From: Opitutales bacterium
GTDB taxonomy: Bacteria > Verrucomicrobiota > Verrucomicrobiia > Opitutales > PNEW01
Length of the DNA: 64,000 bases
Reading direction: 5' to 3'
NCBI GenBank assembly: GCA_965197745.1
Contig: CBDANS010000007.1
Location: forward strand, 1,984,001 to 2,048,000
The notes below the pieces were generated by a model, which ran no database searches, was not told the origin of the DNA, and worked only from the letters and a program-made list of their open reading frames with translations. The position numbers were made by a program, and so were the translations under genes. This document shows, one piece after another, positions 11,102 to 22,194 of this stretch. Positions within the stretch are counted from its first letter, which is position 1. Each line of letters starts with the position of its first letter.

Positions 11102-12046
11102 TTATTGCCTCAGTGCTTTAAGAACGGTTTCACATACAACATTTACCCCTACCTTCTTCAAATTACCTTCAGGGGCTTGAACCAGATGGTGACCAGGATA
11201 GTCAAGGGGATAGGGCCCAAACCGCTCGGGTGGTGTTGGACCGTATAGCCCTACCAGGGGGATACCCAGAGCTGCGGCCAGATGAATAGGCCCGCTGTCA
11301 TTGGCAACGATGAGTGCTGCCTTGGAGATTAATAGAGCCAACTCGTCAATCCTGGTATCACCCCTGATGTTGTAACATCGATCATTTAAAACCGTCGTCG
11401 GTGTATCCCCTTTGGAAGACCCGCAAAATATTATAATCCTATCGTCTTTTTCTTTTAATAATACTTCCGCGAGCGAATTAAACCCGCCCCACTCTTTTTC
11501 GGCTCGTCGGCTTTCAGGAAATAAGAGAATAGGATTTTCTTCGAGCAACTTCTGAGGAATATTTATCATATTAATATTTTTAAATTGTAATTTCCCTTTT
11601 AACTGTGGCTCGCAATTTAGAAGGGGAAGAAATTGCAGAAGAATTTCAATGGCATGGGCGTTTCTACCTCCCACCGGTAAGGAAGCCTTTTTACTATAAG
11701 CAAAATGAGCAAATTCCCTTGCGTCGCTGCGACCGAGCTTATGTTTGGATCGCGAAAAATAAGTCATCAACCCTGACCGCGCTAGACCCTGGAGATCGAT
11801 CACTGCGTCATACTCACGACTCCGAATTTCTTTGAGGAGGCCGATAAATTTCCGCCAACCACCGTGCCGTTGATAAATAATAGTCTCGTCAACAGTACTG
11901 CAAATATTCACTAAAGGAGCGAATATGTCACGCACTACCCAACTTATGCGACACCCTGATACTTGTTCACGCAAACTTTGGACCACCTGTAGTCCATGCA
12001 CTATATCACCCATAGATGAGGGCTTTATGATTAGAATATCTGGCAT
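11102..12046 (-). CDS. GT9 family LPS heptosyltransferase (WaaC-like)
   Basis: IIKPSSMGDIVH, DLQGL, NDSGPIHLAAALG. Confidence 0.88.
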   Translation of the reverse strand: MPDILIIKPSSMGDIVHGLQVVQSLREQVSGCRISWVVRDIFAPLVNICSTVDETIIYQRHGGWRKFIGLLKEIRSREYDAVIDLQGLARSGLMTYFSRSKHKLGRSDAREFAHFAYSKKASLPVGGRNAHAIEILLQFLPLLNCEPQLKGKLQFKNINMINIPQKLLEENPILLFPESRRAEKEWGGFNSLAEVLLKEKDDRIIIFCGSSKGDTPTTVLNDRCYNIRGDTRIDELALLISKAALIVANDSGPIHLAAALGIPLVGLYGPTPPERFGPYPLDYPGHHLVQAPEGNLKKVGVNVVCETVLKALRQ

Positions 12047-12175
12047 CTGGAGTGTTTTCGTGCTAAAGAGCAGCTTTTATTATATGAATTGTGATCCGCG
12101 CTTGATATTATTAAATGACTGCGGAATCTAGAATAAACTCATCTTAACTCAATTGTCTTTTTCGAGTTAATTATA

Positions 12176-14077
12176 GTGTTTCTGCTTATTTTAAAAACTG
12201 TGGGCTGGATCCTGGCCTTCCTTCCGGAAGGTTTTGTCCGGATAATGTGCGCGTTCTTGGGAAACTTCTTTTTTTTTACCGCTTCCGGGAAGCGAAAAAT
12301 AATCCTCTCTAATCTCCACCATGCTTATCCCCATAAACCATCGTCATGGCACCGTAATATCGCCCTTGAGAGTTGCCGCAGGATGATTGAAATGGGGGCA
12401 TTTGCCCTCGCTTCTCCCTGGTTTGATGAAAAACGCGTAGCCAGAATATTAACCGTCCCGGAGGCGTCATTAACGATTTTGAATCAGGCAAAAGGATCTA
12501 TGCCGAGAGGTGTCGGCTATATCCCCCATTTCACATTGACTGAAAGTCTTATTATGATTTCTGTTGTCGTCCCCGGTCTTCCCTCCAGGGGCGCAATATT
12601 TCGGCCACTGGGGAATAAAACATTGGACGATTGGATTAAGAGAACCCGTGAACGGTTTGGTTTTAATTTATATTCACGGAAAAAAGGATTCCATCAGGCT
12701 TTACGATTAATCCGCGAAGGGGGATGGGTTAATGTCCTATTTGACCAGAATGCCGGGCTCAGCGGTGCGGTTATCACCTCATTTCAACGTGTTGCTTCAG
12801 CCACTATACTGCCGGGTCTGATGGCAAAAAAGCTGCAGGTACCCATGGCCGTTTTTTATGCTAAGCGGACCGCATTTTGGCGAGCACAGTTTCACGCTCA
12901 ACTTTTGACCTGCGATAAAGAACCCATAAACGCCACACTGGAAGCTAATGCCTGGCTGGAAAAATATTTAAGTAGCTCCGACGATGCCTGCGCCGACTGG
13001 CTATGGGTTCACGATCGTTGGAAAAATCAGGACATGCCGGCCAGGCGATTTGGCCTCACGCAGAAAAAAAACTGGCTTCAAAATAGCCTCAATTATTATG
13101 GCTGGTCATCCCTCCCACGAAAAACACGTTTCTGGGTACGAATGCCAAACTGGTTGGGGGATGTGATAATGGCATTGCCGCTCATTCGGGCATTAAGGAG
13201 AGGACGCCCAGACGCTGAAATTACCCTCGTTGTAAAAGCGGATTTCATTCCCTTGCTTAAAAAATTTAAAGTGGGAGACAAATTCATTGCCCTTCCTCTC
13301 AGAAAGGATCTCTATTTCTCATATTTCAAGTCACTGCGTAATTTTTACGCGGATACTTATATCCTTTTTACCAATTCTCTAAGGGGAGATCTCGAAGCGT
13401 ACCTGACCGGATGCCCGCAGCGTTTTGGCATGATTCGACGGGGGAAATGGCGCCCTTTTCTTACCCATGCCTGGAATATTCCTCAGGATATTGACGAAAC
13501 CCAACATCATCAGACACGTGTATGGGAAAAGTTTCTGCACAATTTTGGCCTGAATGAACAATTGGATTATACCCCCTTTGACGCAAAGCTAACTAATAGT
13601 GGTGATGATTTTAATGTCGGATTAATCTGCGGGACAGAAAACGAACCACAAAAACGCTGGCCCTTAAAATATTGGCGTGAGCTGGCAGAAAAATTACTTG
13701 GCGATTATCCCAAAGCAAAAATATATCTTTTTGGCACCGATCGCGACCGGCAGTTAACACAACCTTTAGCCGATGGATTATCTACGGACCGGATTACGGG
13801 TCTCGCTGGTAAGACAAATTTAATAGAACTTACGGATAAAATGCGGGAGTGCAGTCTAATCGTCTGTAACGATACCGGAGGCATGCACCTGGCAAATGCT
13901 CTCGGTGTATCGTTAATCGCTCTATTTGGCCCAACCAACCCCTTAAGGACAGGTCCCATTTATGACACGCCTTTTCACATCCAACAACCCCCAAACTGCC
14001 TGCCCACAGGGGGATCTCCGCTTGAAAAAATAGATCCTGCGCGTGTAATTTCTCTCGTTCACAGCACCCTGGATTGA
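12176..14077 (+). CDS. Fusion of lipid A acyltransferase (LpxL/HtrB-like) and GT9 heptosyltransferase (WaaF-like)
   Basis: N-half has H(x4)E, DQ and W.W.H.RWK motifs; C-half has RMPNWLGDVIMA, KRWP and NDTGGMHLANALG. Confidence 0.82.
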   Translation: MFLLILKTVGWILAFLPEGFVRIMCAFLGNFFFFTASGKRKIILSNLHHAYPHKPSSWHRNIALESCRRMIEMGAFALASPWFDEKRVARILTVPEASLTILNQAKGSMPRGVGYIPHFTLTESLIMISVVVPGLPSRGAIFRPLGNKTLDDWIKRTRERFGFNLYSRKKGFHQALRLIREGGWVNVLFDQNAGLSGAVITSFQRVASATILPGLMAKKLQVPMAVFYAKRTAFWRAQFHAQLLTCDKEPINATLEANAWLEKYLSSSDDACADWLWVHDRWKNQDMPARRFGLTQKKNWLQNSLNYYGWSSLPRKTRFWVRMPNWLGDVIMALPLIRALRRGRPDAEITLVVKADFIPLLKKFKVGDKFIALPLRKDLYFSYFKSLRNFYADTYILFTNSLRGDLEAYLTGCPQRFGMIRRGKWRPFLTHAWNIPQDIDETQHHQTRVWEKFLHNFGLNEQLDYTPFDAKLTNSGDDFNVGLICGTENEPQKRWPLKYWRELAEKLLGDYPKAKIYLFGTDRDRQLTQPLADGLSTDRITGLAGKTNLIELTDKMRECSLIVCNDTGGMHLANALGVSLIALFGPTNPLRTGPIYDTPFHIQQPPNCLPTGGSPLEKIDPARVISLVHSTLD

Positions 14078-14135
14078 TATTCCTTACCTTATTTTCATCT
14101 TAATATCTGAGCACCCTTCGAATATGCGTTAACCA

Positions 14136-14966
14136 ATGTCGGAGTCCATAAAAGGTAAAGAAGAAGTCATGATTCGATCATGCTTGCTATGCGGCGCAGA
14201 TAATCATACCTGCGCACCTGGACCTTATTCGCATGATACCTGGATGGTTAAGACCTGTCCGCAGTGCTCATTTACCTACCTTGAAAATGCACCTTTCTAC
14301 CAACTGCTGGATAAACAGTTAGCATGGGAGAGAACCTCCCATATGGAATCAGACCGACGGGTAATAGCCCGCCCCCGCGGAAGACGAATGAGCGAGTATA
14401 TGAAGCAATTTCGCAGACAGGTTTTGAAAAGAGATAAATTAGGCTCCTGGATAAAACAGTATATTCTTCCCGGAAATGTTCTGGATATTGGCTGCGGAAC
14501 CGGACACGTCTTGGAAATGTTGCCTGAATCATACCAACCTTATGGCATTGAAATTTCCGATCACCTTGCCCAAAGCGCCCGGAAAAGGTTAGCGAATCGC
14601 GGTGGTAACATCATTCACGACAACGCTATTGAAGGCGTAAAAATGTTTGCTCATGACTTTTTTACCGGAATTTTAATGAGCGCATTTTTGGAGCATGAAT
14701 CGAATCCCGCAGAGCTCCTTAAGGATTTATATCCTACCTTAAAAATGGGCGGCAGAGTAATCATCAAAGTCCCTAATTTTGCCTGCTGGAACCGCAGGGT
14801 TATGGGTAAACATTGGTGTGGGTTCAGATATCCTGACCATGTTAACTATTTCACCCCGTCGACGCTTAAACGTTTAGTCTTGGATACCGGATATCAAATT
14901 CTACGGTTTTATTTTTTGGATCGGTTTCCATTGAGTGATAATATGTGGATGCTTCTCCAAAAATAA
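14136..14966 (+). CDS. Class I SAM-dependent methyltransferase with N-terminal CxxC pairs
   Basis: VLDIGCGTG motif I, FLEH..NP, CLLC and CPQC. Confidence 0.85.
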   Translation: MSESIKGKEEVMIRSCLLCGADNHTCAPGPYSHDTWMVKTCPQCSFTYLENAPFYQLLDKQLAWERTSHMESDRRVIARPRGRRMSEYMKQFRRQVLKRDKLGSWIKQYILPGNVLDIGCGTGHVLEMLPESYQPYGIEISDHLAQSARKRLANRGGNIIHDNAIEGVKMFAHDFFTGILMSAFLEHESNPAELLKDLYPTLKMGGRVIIKVPNFACWNRRVMGKHWCGFRYPDHVNYFTPSTLKRLVLDTGYQILRFYFLDRFPLSDNMWMLLQK

Positions 14967-15104
14967 GAACCGCGGCCAAATCACAAATTCAAGAGCCCTT
15001 GAATGCCCGCTTAATCGCTCATCTAACAGGGGTTTGTCAGCTTTATAAATGCGTGACAATTAACTGATTCAGCAATTATAGTGTTTGCTTAAATTATTCG
15101 ATCA

Positions 15105-16823
15105 GTGAAAAAACTGCTTCCTTATTTCTCCTTACTTAAACCGGTAAAATGGCATTTTATAGGCGCGCTTATATGCGGGCTCATTTATGGAATATCCAGT
15201 GGTTTTGGCCTGCCATTTATGAGTCATAAAGTTTTTCCCCTTATCTTTGGCGATAATCCTCCCTCTGATAAGATGCTATTTTTCGCGGTTGCTTATCTTC
15301 CTGCTGTTTTCCTCATTCGTAATACGAGCGGATTTTTCAATGCTTACCTCATCGGTTACTGCGGAGTGAGTGTATTAGAAGCTATTCGACTGAAGGTATT
15401 CACCAAACTTCAATCGCTATCTCTGGATTTTTTTGAAAATCATAAACCCGGTGATCTTCTCAGCCGAACAATGATCGATACTAACCAGGTTCAAACAGCT
15501 GTCGTAGGCGTTTCAAACGATCTCATAAAACAACCGGTTACTTTTCTTGGCGCCATGGGTGCGCTTTTTTATCTTTCCATTCAAAACAGTCAACTGATCT
15601 TTATATTTTTCAGTCTAATGATTGTTCCCATTGTTGTTTTCCCCATCCGTTTTATCGGACGAAAACTTTATATGAAAGCATTGGCCATGCAGGAAGAAAT
15701 GGGATCAGTGACTGACCTCGTAAGCGAAAACTTAAGCGCGGTGCGTGAAGTGCGCGCATTTTCACTGGAGAACAGACAGATTGAATCTTTTTTAAAAACT
15801 ATCCGATCTTTGTTTAAAATGCAGCTCAAAGTAATCAAATATGCGAAGTCATTATCGCCTTCCATTGAATTCGTCAGTTCACTCGGTGTCGCCATCGCTA
15901 TTATTTATGCCGCTAAAATGCGCATCTCTTTGGAAGAGGTAATCGCTCTCATTTTCGCTCTCTATTTGTCTTATGATCCCATTAAAAACATTGGGGTAAT
16001 TAACAACGAATTAAAGAAGGGGCTGGCTTCATTAAGACGAATTGAAGATATCATTAATACTCCAGACACCGTTATCGATCGTCCCGGGGCTCAAATGATC
16101 GAAGCCATTACCGGACAGATTTCATTTGAAGTAGTCAATTTCAGCTATAGTGAAGAATTGGTTTTGCGAGACATCAGTTGTCAACTGGAGCCGGGAAAAG
16201 TCCACGCTTTAGTGGGGCCTAGTGGCGCCGGTAAAACAACATTCGCTAACCTTGTGCTCCGTCTTTACGATATAGAAAAAGGTTCTATTACCTTGGACGG
16301 GAAAGACTTGCGCGATATAAAAATAGCCGGTTTACGCAGGAATATCGCCCTGGTTCCGCAAGATCCCGTGTTATTTAATGATACCGTATATAATAATATC
16401 CTTCTTAGCCGACCCGACGCGGAAAAAGAAGAAGTGCATGAAGCGGCGAGAAAAGCTTACGCTCACCTCTTTATTGATTCATTTGAGCGCGGTTATGATA
16501 CCATTGTCGGGAGCCGTGGAACACGTCTGTCGGGAGGACAGAAGCAGCGCGTTGCCCTGGCCAGGGCTTTTCTTAAAGACGCCCCCATCCTTATCCTTGA
16601 TGAAGCGACATCTTCACTGGACACGGAGAGCGAAAATAAAATTCAGCAGGCACTCGAACAACTCGTGCGCGGAAAGACCGTTATTATTATTGCCCATCGA
16701 TTCAGCACAATTCAAATGGCAGACCGCATTCTGGTCTTTGATCAAGGTCAATTGATCGCCACCGGGAGCCACGATATTCTTATAAAAACTAACGATCTTT
16801 ATGCCAATCTATACGCCCGGTAA
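15105..16823 (+). CDS. MsbA-like ABC exporter (fused TMD and NBD)
   Basis: GPSGAGKT, LSGGQKQR, ILDEATSSLD; located beside LPS genes. Confidence 0.88.
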   Translation: MKKLLPYFSLLKPVKWHFIGALICGLIYGISSGFGLPFMSHKVFPLIFGDNPPSDKMLFFAVAYLPAVFLIRNTSGFFNAYLIGYCGVSVLEAIRLKVFTKLQSLSLDFFENHKPGDLLSRTMIDTNQVQTAVVGVSNDLIKQPVTFLGAMGALFYLSIQNSQLIFIFFSLMIVPIVVFPIRFIGRKLYMKALAMQEEMGSVTDLVSENLSAVREVRAFSLENRQIESFLKTIRSLFKMQLKVIKYAKSLSPSIEFVSSLGVAIAIIYAAKMRISLEEVIALIFALYLSYDPIKNIGVINNELKKGLASLRRIEDIINTPDTVIDRPGAQMIEAITGQISFEVVNFSYSEELVLRDISCQLEPGKVHALVGPSGAGKTTFANLVLRLYDIEKGSITLDGKDLRDIKIAGLRRNIALVPQDPVLFNDTVYNNILLSRPDAEKEEVHEAARKAYAHLFIDSFERGYDTIVGSRGTRLSGGQKQRVALARAFLKDAPILILDEATSSLDTESENKIQQALEQLVRGKTVIIIAHRFSTIQMADRILVFDQGQLIATGSHDILIKTNDLYANLYAR

Positions 16824-17243
16824 TATTAGAAAAATGTGCTCGGCAAAAATCAGATTGGGAGAATTATGATAAATAGGTAGGATTTCGATCACTCCCTTCG
16901 GTATAATCTCAATTCATATCGCTGCCGTATCTCAATCTGCTCCGCCTGAAGCCTGGCGCGTAAAGTTTGCCCTCCATATTTCAGATTAGTGTCCGGCAAG
17001 TCACTATTTGATCGGTCTTTGACTCCCATAAACCTTGTAACTTCAGCATCGGGAGTTATTTCCGTTGCGACCATCGAAGAAGAATTCACTCCGATGAAAT
17101 TATTCCAAGAGTGATCGGCCCCGGCGACAGGTTTTCAATAAAAAATAAAGCCATTAAATAATTTATCCAAAAATAAATTTATACTTCATGAAATTTTCTA
17201 TTTTTTTATGCCTCATAAAATAATATTACGCATAAAGTTTATT

Positions 17244-17259
17244 TGACAAGAAATTGTCA
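17244..17259. promoter_or_regulatory. Palindromic operator-like site TGACAA-N4-TTGTCA overlapping a TTGACA -35 box
   Basis: Perfect 6-bp inverted repeat ~40 bp upstream of the 17298 gene; no clean -10 found. Confidence 0.3.
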
Positions 17260-17297
17260 GGATAGTTTTCCAACTAGAATAATTAACCCTTAATAAT

Positions 17298-19279
17298 GTG
17301 AAGATTGTGTCTTTCACAAATTTGTTAGAATTCTTAATTGTCTCAATTTTATTTCCTGCTCTCCTCACTGCCATTCCTCAAGATCTGGAAGTGTTCACAG
17401 ATTTCGAGGACATCAGCGGCGATGGAGATTTTTTTATCGGACAGGAACCCAACAGGGTTAGGCTGGTTGGTTTCACGGTCGAGATCTTAGAGGATTCTGC
17501 ACTACTGCACTCCGGAACCAAAGCGATAACCCTAGGGCCCGGACAAGAAGGGAGGATTATCTCAGAAAGAGGAATTCAATTTATCGAATTCTATGCGGGT
17601 GAGAGCACGGGGGCTGGCAGAATAGAGCTCAGAGGTGTGCTCAATCTCATTGATTTTAATAAAGAATCCAATGTAGGAGAGGGAGCAGACCGTCAAGCGA
17701 TCACCCTCATTGGCGACGAAGGTGTTGTCGAAGGATTGCCAGCAGATATCCACCCCGATGCCAATCCCCCCCTCTATAGCTTTGTTGCCGACAGCGGTAT
17801 TTTTCTTGATGAAGATGATTTTAATTTCCTGGGAGGAATCACAGAAGTGAAGGTCTTGAATGTAACAGGAAAATTCTCCCTCGATGATCTGGGCTTCACC
17901 CTGACTGACTTCCCGTCAAATAACACAGTTTACAGCACGTTTAGCGAATTCGGAGTAGGGGAAGGAATGTCAGAGCCATTTGTTCTTGGGACCTCACCTC
18001 ATACGGCTTCTTTTCAAGGAGGGTTTATCATATTTGTAGGTTCTGGTAACGCCGAATATGTGCGATCGCAACCTCATTCTTATGCCGTATTTAATGGGGG
18101 AGAAGCAACCATCACCTTTGAAACACCCGCTTATGAAATTGATTTTTTTGGAGCCACGGTAGTGGCTGCAGGAAGCACTGATCCCGATGGCTCAATTGAA
18201 GTATATGATACAAACGATACCTTACGCGCAACTTTTAGGAATCTAGAAGGAGATATAAAAGCTGAGTTCAAACCCGACTTCATCACCATAAATGCAGATG
18301 ATATAGGAGCTCCGGGCGGCATCAGCAGGATAGTGATAAAGGACGATCCTAATATCAATCCAAGTTTCAGTCGTACTTCAGTCGACGATTTTGGTTTTAC
18401 TCCTATCGGTTTTCCGGGCACAGGGTCTGAGAGCCCCCTCTCCGTGCCTCTTGTCCTCAATGGATCAGGTCTCATTGCCGGAGAAAACATTCAACATCCT
18501 AACGGAAACATATTCGACCAGGTACTGCTCACAGGAGAATCTATTCAGCTTCAGGCAAAACCGGGGCAGATTACCCGTGTCTCCTTCATGGATGAAAACG
18601 AGGACATAGTGCAGGTAGAGTTTTCGGGTGCCGGCACCTTTACCGTAACCCTTGACCCGGCCACTTTCTTACCCTCGGCTCTCCCCCCGCGTTACAACCA
18701 GGAAGTGATGTATGTGACAGGCAAACCGAGTGTGGTCATCGAAGAAGCGGACTCGAGTACTTTTTTCAGCATCTTCACGGTGGGTAAAATCAACGCCGTA
18801 AACCAGGCACTGTTCCCCGAGGGACAAGTCTACGATGCCAAGGTGGACGCCACCCTGGTGCAGGTAATCAACTCCACAGGTATGGGGGGATGCAACTATC
18901 GAACACCGTCTTTAGCGGAAGCACCGGGGAGATAGGCGTGGATGCACGTGGAGTCGCGATCGCAGTACGACTAACGATAGGAGACATCGATGCCAGTGGC
19001 GATGCAGTACCACACCTTATATTCGAAGAGGGTTCCTTCACCGTACCTGCCGGCAACCCCGGGTTGAGAATCACGGGAGGAGATCTGGAACAATCTAATG
19101 GTGCTTCGATCGTAGTCGCGGAGAGCGGATCGACGACTCCAGGATTCGAGACCATAATTACCCAGAACAACTTCAAATCCGACAACACCCCTCAACCAAC
19201 ACAGATTATTGATGCAACATTCACCAATGAGGATAATGAGGTGATTTTTGTTTCGGTGGATCCAATAACCATCGAGTAA
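17298..19279 (+). pseudogene. Secreted paralogue 1 (variable N-terminal modules plus conserved C-terminal domain), frameshifted in a G6 run at 18884-18889
   Basis: ORFs 17298-18935 and 18890-19279 together align to the paralogues at 49392 and 53213. Confidence 0.8.
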
Positions 19280-19414
19280 TCCTCTAAAGGGTTCCAGGTT
19301 ATACCCTGGCTAATCAAAACCCTCCGCGTTTCAGAGCAATCTATAATACTAAGCTCAACCTGGGTTGGTATTAAAATCTCCTTGCAGAAGAAATTTCCGT
19401 ATTACCCATACAAG

Positions 19415-20677
19415 CTAAATCCCGCTGAGACGCTGGATGATACCTATGATAGGTAAAAAAAGAGCAACTACGATAAACCCGATGACCAGCGCGAGAATGA
19501 TTATCATAAGTGGCTCGAAAATCGCAGTAAGACTAACCACTTTGCGGTCCACATCTTCATCGTAATTGTCAGCTATACGGTTCAACATCGCGGGGAGATC
19601 ACCTGTTTCCTCTCCCACCATTATCATTCCAGATACCACGGGCGGAAAAACGTTTACCTCTTCAAGTGCCACCGCGATGCTCTCGCCATCAAGCACACAG
19701 TCATGAACATAATCGAGAGAGTCTCTGATGAATTGATTCTTAATAACACTGCTGGTAAGAGTAAATGATTCGATAAGCGGGACCCCGCTGGAAAGAAGGG
19801 TTCCCAATGTCCGGGAAAATCGAGCAATAGTAATTTTACACAATAGATCGCCAATATAAGGCACCCTGAGACTGAACATATCGATAAAACGAGCGATAGA
19901 ATGAAACGTGATGATAACCTTTATCGCTATCATCACCGTGGCAATAATTACTGATATCAATACAAAATAATTCTGAAAACAGCTACTCATGTCGATCACG
20001 AATTGAGTGGGCGCCGGTAGTGGCGCGCCGTTTAACAGTTCCTGGTATATACTTCGAAATCTTGGAACAATAAAACCGATGAGCAAAGTCACAATGAGAG
20101 TAGCTATTGTTAATACGATCACAGGGTAGATCATGACGGTAATTGCCGCATGCTTGAATCTTCGACTTTTTTCCATAAAAAGTGAAAGCTGCATGAGGAC
20201 TTTATCCATAGCACCTCCAGCTTCACCTGCTTTTATCATATTAAGAAACAGGTTATCGAATATTTTAGGATAATGCGCCATACTCTCCGCAAGGGTAGAA
20301 CCCGAACGAATGTATTCGGCGAGCTCCCCAATTGTAGTACGCAACGCACCATTACTTTCCTGTTTATATATCAATTCCAAACTGCGTAACAACGGCACCT
20401 TAGCTTGAAGGAGCGTGGCAAGCTGTCTTGTGAAGACACTCATATCTTCACGACATACCGAATTGCCGTAGATCATTCCTCTTTTTTGTCGCTTTTTTAT
20501 TCGTTTGTTGAATTCACATGTCTCTTCTCCATCACTCTTTTTTGCAGGAGTAACACTCGTGGGAATCAGATCCATACTGGAGACTCTGCTTCGAGCTTCA
20601 TTTTGTGAAGATGCTTCTAATCTTCCCGAAAGATACTTCCCCTGCTCGTCTATCGCACTGTAAATATACCTGGTCAT
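19415..20677 (-). CDS. pilC: Type IV pilus/T2SS platform protein (PilC/GspF family)
   Basis: FTRQLATLLQA.VPL, AGEAGG, GEETGDL, two T2SSF domains. Confidence 0.9.
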   Translation of the reverse strand: MTRYIYSAIDEQGKYLSGRLEASSQNEARSRVSSMDLIPTSVTPAKKSDGEETCEFNKRIKKRQKRGMIYGNSVCREDMSVFTRQLATLLQAKVPLLRSLELIYKQESNGALRTTIGELAEYIRSGSTLAESMAHYPKIFDNLFLNMIKAGEAGGAMDKVLMQLSLFMEKSRRFKHAAITVMIYPVIVLTIATLIVTLLIGFIVPRFRSIYQELLNGAPLPAPTQFVIDMSSCFQNYFVLISVIIATVMIAIKVIITFHSIARFIDMFSLRVPYIGDLLCKITIARFSRTLGTLLSSGVPLIESFTLTSSVIKNQFIRDSLDYVHDCVLDGESIAVALEEVNVFPPVVSGMIMVGEETGDLPAMLNRIADNYDEDVDRKVVSLTAIFEPLMIIILALVIGFIVVALFLPIIGIIQRLSGI

Positions 20678-20690
20678 GCGATAGAAGTAT

Positions 20691-21971
20691 TTAAGTAGCT
20701 TTTAATACCTCTTCAACGGTAGTAATGCCATTTATTATCGCACGAATCCCCTCTTCACGAAGTGTTATTAATCCCATTCTTTTAGCATGTTCCCTCAGGT
20801 CCTTGGTCGATTTATTCATACCTGTCATTTCTCGCAGGGAATCATTTAAAACAAGCATTTCAAAAAGTCCCGTGCGACCTCGGTATCCCGTGCTATTACA
20901 TTCTAAACACCCAGCTCCATAAGTAAAATTGCGGTCTATAAACTTATCCCCACCCAACTCGAGCAGACGCATGAGATCCGGACGTGGGGAATAATCCTTT
21001 CTGCATTCCGGGCAGATAGAGCGGATCAATCTTTGAGCGAGAACGGATTCGAGGGAAGCCGCAACGAGATAGGGTTCCAGACCCAAATCGATTAACCGGG
21101 TAATCGCTCCTACCGAGTCTATGGTATGGAGCGTACTGAGAACAAAATGGCCCGTAAACGATGCTTGAACCGCGATACTCGCCGTCTCCAAATCTCGAAT
21201 TTCACCAACCATGATTATATCCGGATCCTGGCGTAAAAATGATCGAAGTGCTCGAGCAAAGGTTAAATCAATGAGTGGATTTATGGTCACCTGCATAAGA
21301 CCTTCAATTTGATACTCGACTGGATCCTCTGCCGTAAGAATCTTCTTTTCCTGTTCATTTACTTCCCGCAAGACACTGTACAAAGTCGTTGTTTTTCCGC
21401 TTCCAGTAGGTCCCGTTATGATGAATATTCCACTGGGACGCACTGCGAGACTCCTGACGTTTCCCAACACTTCTTCGGGCATGCCAAGCTGATTAAGGCT
21501 CAAGTTTACTAAAGATTTATCCAAAACGCGGAGGACCAGGCTTTCTCCAAACTGCGTGGGTAATGTTGATACACGCAAATCCACGGATCGTCCATCAACG
21601 GTCATCATATAATGACCATCCTGTGGTATTCGTTTCTCCGCGATATCGAGGTCAGCGAGTACCTTTATCCGTGAGATTACCGGTAAGGCCAAATGTTTTG
21701 GGGGTGGGGCCATTTCGTAGAGAACGCCATCTATACGAAATCGAATGCGAAATTCATCTTCAAAAGGTTCAAAGTGGATATCGGATGCCTTCTCTTTGAT
21801 CGCCTCTAAGATAACAAGATTTACATAATGAATAATGGGCTCCTCGTTCGCCACCTCGATCAATTCTTCACGGGTCGCTCTCTTCCCTGACCCTTCTTTA
21901 AGCTCAGGAAAGGTTACAGACAATGGCGACTCATTCCTGGAATCCATTGTGCCATCGCTGGCTTCGATCAT
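20691..21971 (-). CDS. PilB/GspE-family ATPase lacking the N-terminal domain
   Basis: [26 protein letters not shown], CxxC-CxxC; only 426 aa. Confidence 0.85.
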   Translation of the reverse strand: MIEASDGTMDSRNESPLSVTFPELKEGSGKRATREELIEVANEEPIIHYVNLVILEAIKEKASDIHFEPFEDEFRIRFRIDGVLYEMAPPPKHLALPVISRIKVLADLDIAEKRIPQDGHYMMTVDGRSVDLRVSTLPTQFGESLVLRVLDKSLVNLSLNQLGMPEEVLGNVRSLAVRPSGIFIITGPTGSGKTTTLYSVLREVNEQEKKILTAEDPVEYQIEGLMQVTINPLIDLTFARALRSFLRQDPDIIMVGEIRDLETASIAVQASFTGHFVLSTLHTIDSVGAITRLIDLGLEPYLVAASLESVLAQRLIRSICPECRKDYSPRPDLMRLLELGGDKFIDRNFTYGAGCLECNSTGYRGRTGLFEMLVLNDSLREMTGMNKSTKDLREHAKRMGLITLREEGIRAIINGITTVEEVLKAT

Positions 21972-22046
21972 CTTATATAGATAATCGGGTTAAAGACGAA
22001 ATTATTAATAGCTAAAGAGGGATAAGCTCTGTGTGTAAACAATGAG

Positions 22047-22172
22047 GGTTGAACACGCTACCTGCCTGTCTTCAGTAGTCCCGAAAATACGGGACGAAAG
22101 CTGTTCCCGAGCGGTTCTTTAATTTAGCAGCTACGAGAAAGAAGAAGCGTGCCGGGGAAAGCTCTCTCCTCC
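22047..22172. repeat. Degenerate REPIN-like element with ~40-bp micro-insertion
   Basis: Arms resemble those at 49270-49344 (shared GAAGAAGCGTGC); insert CCTGCCTGTC..GTCCCG..CGGGAC. Confidence 0.5.
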
Positions 22173-22194
22173 ATATCCCTAAACTTGATAACCC

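Noticed and set aside
16889..17089. 66-aa minus-strand ORF between the ABC exporter and paralogue 1
   Set aside because: It has no recognisable motif or RBS and cannot be supported as a gene.
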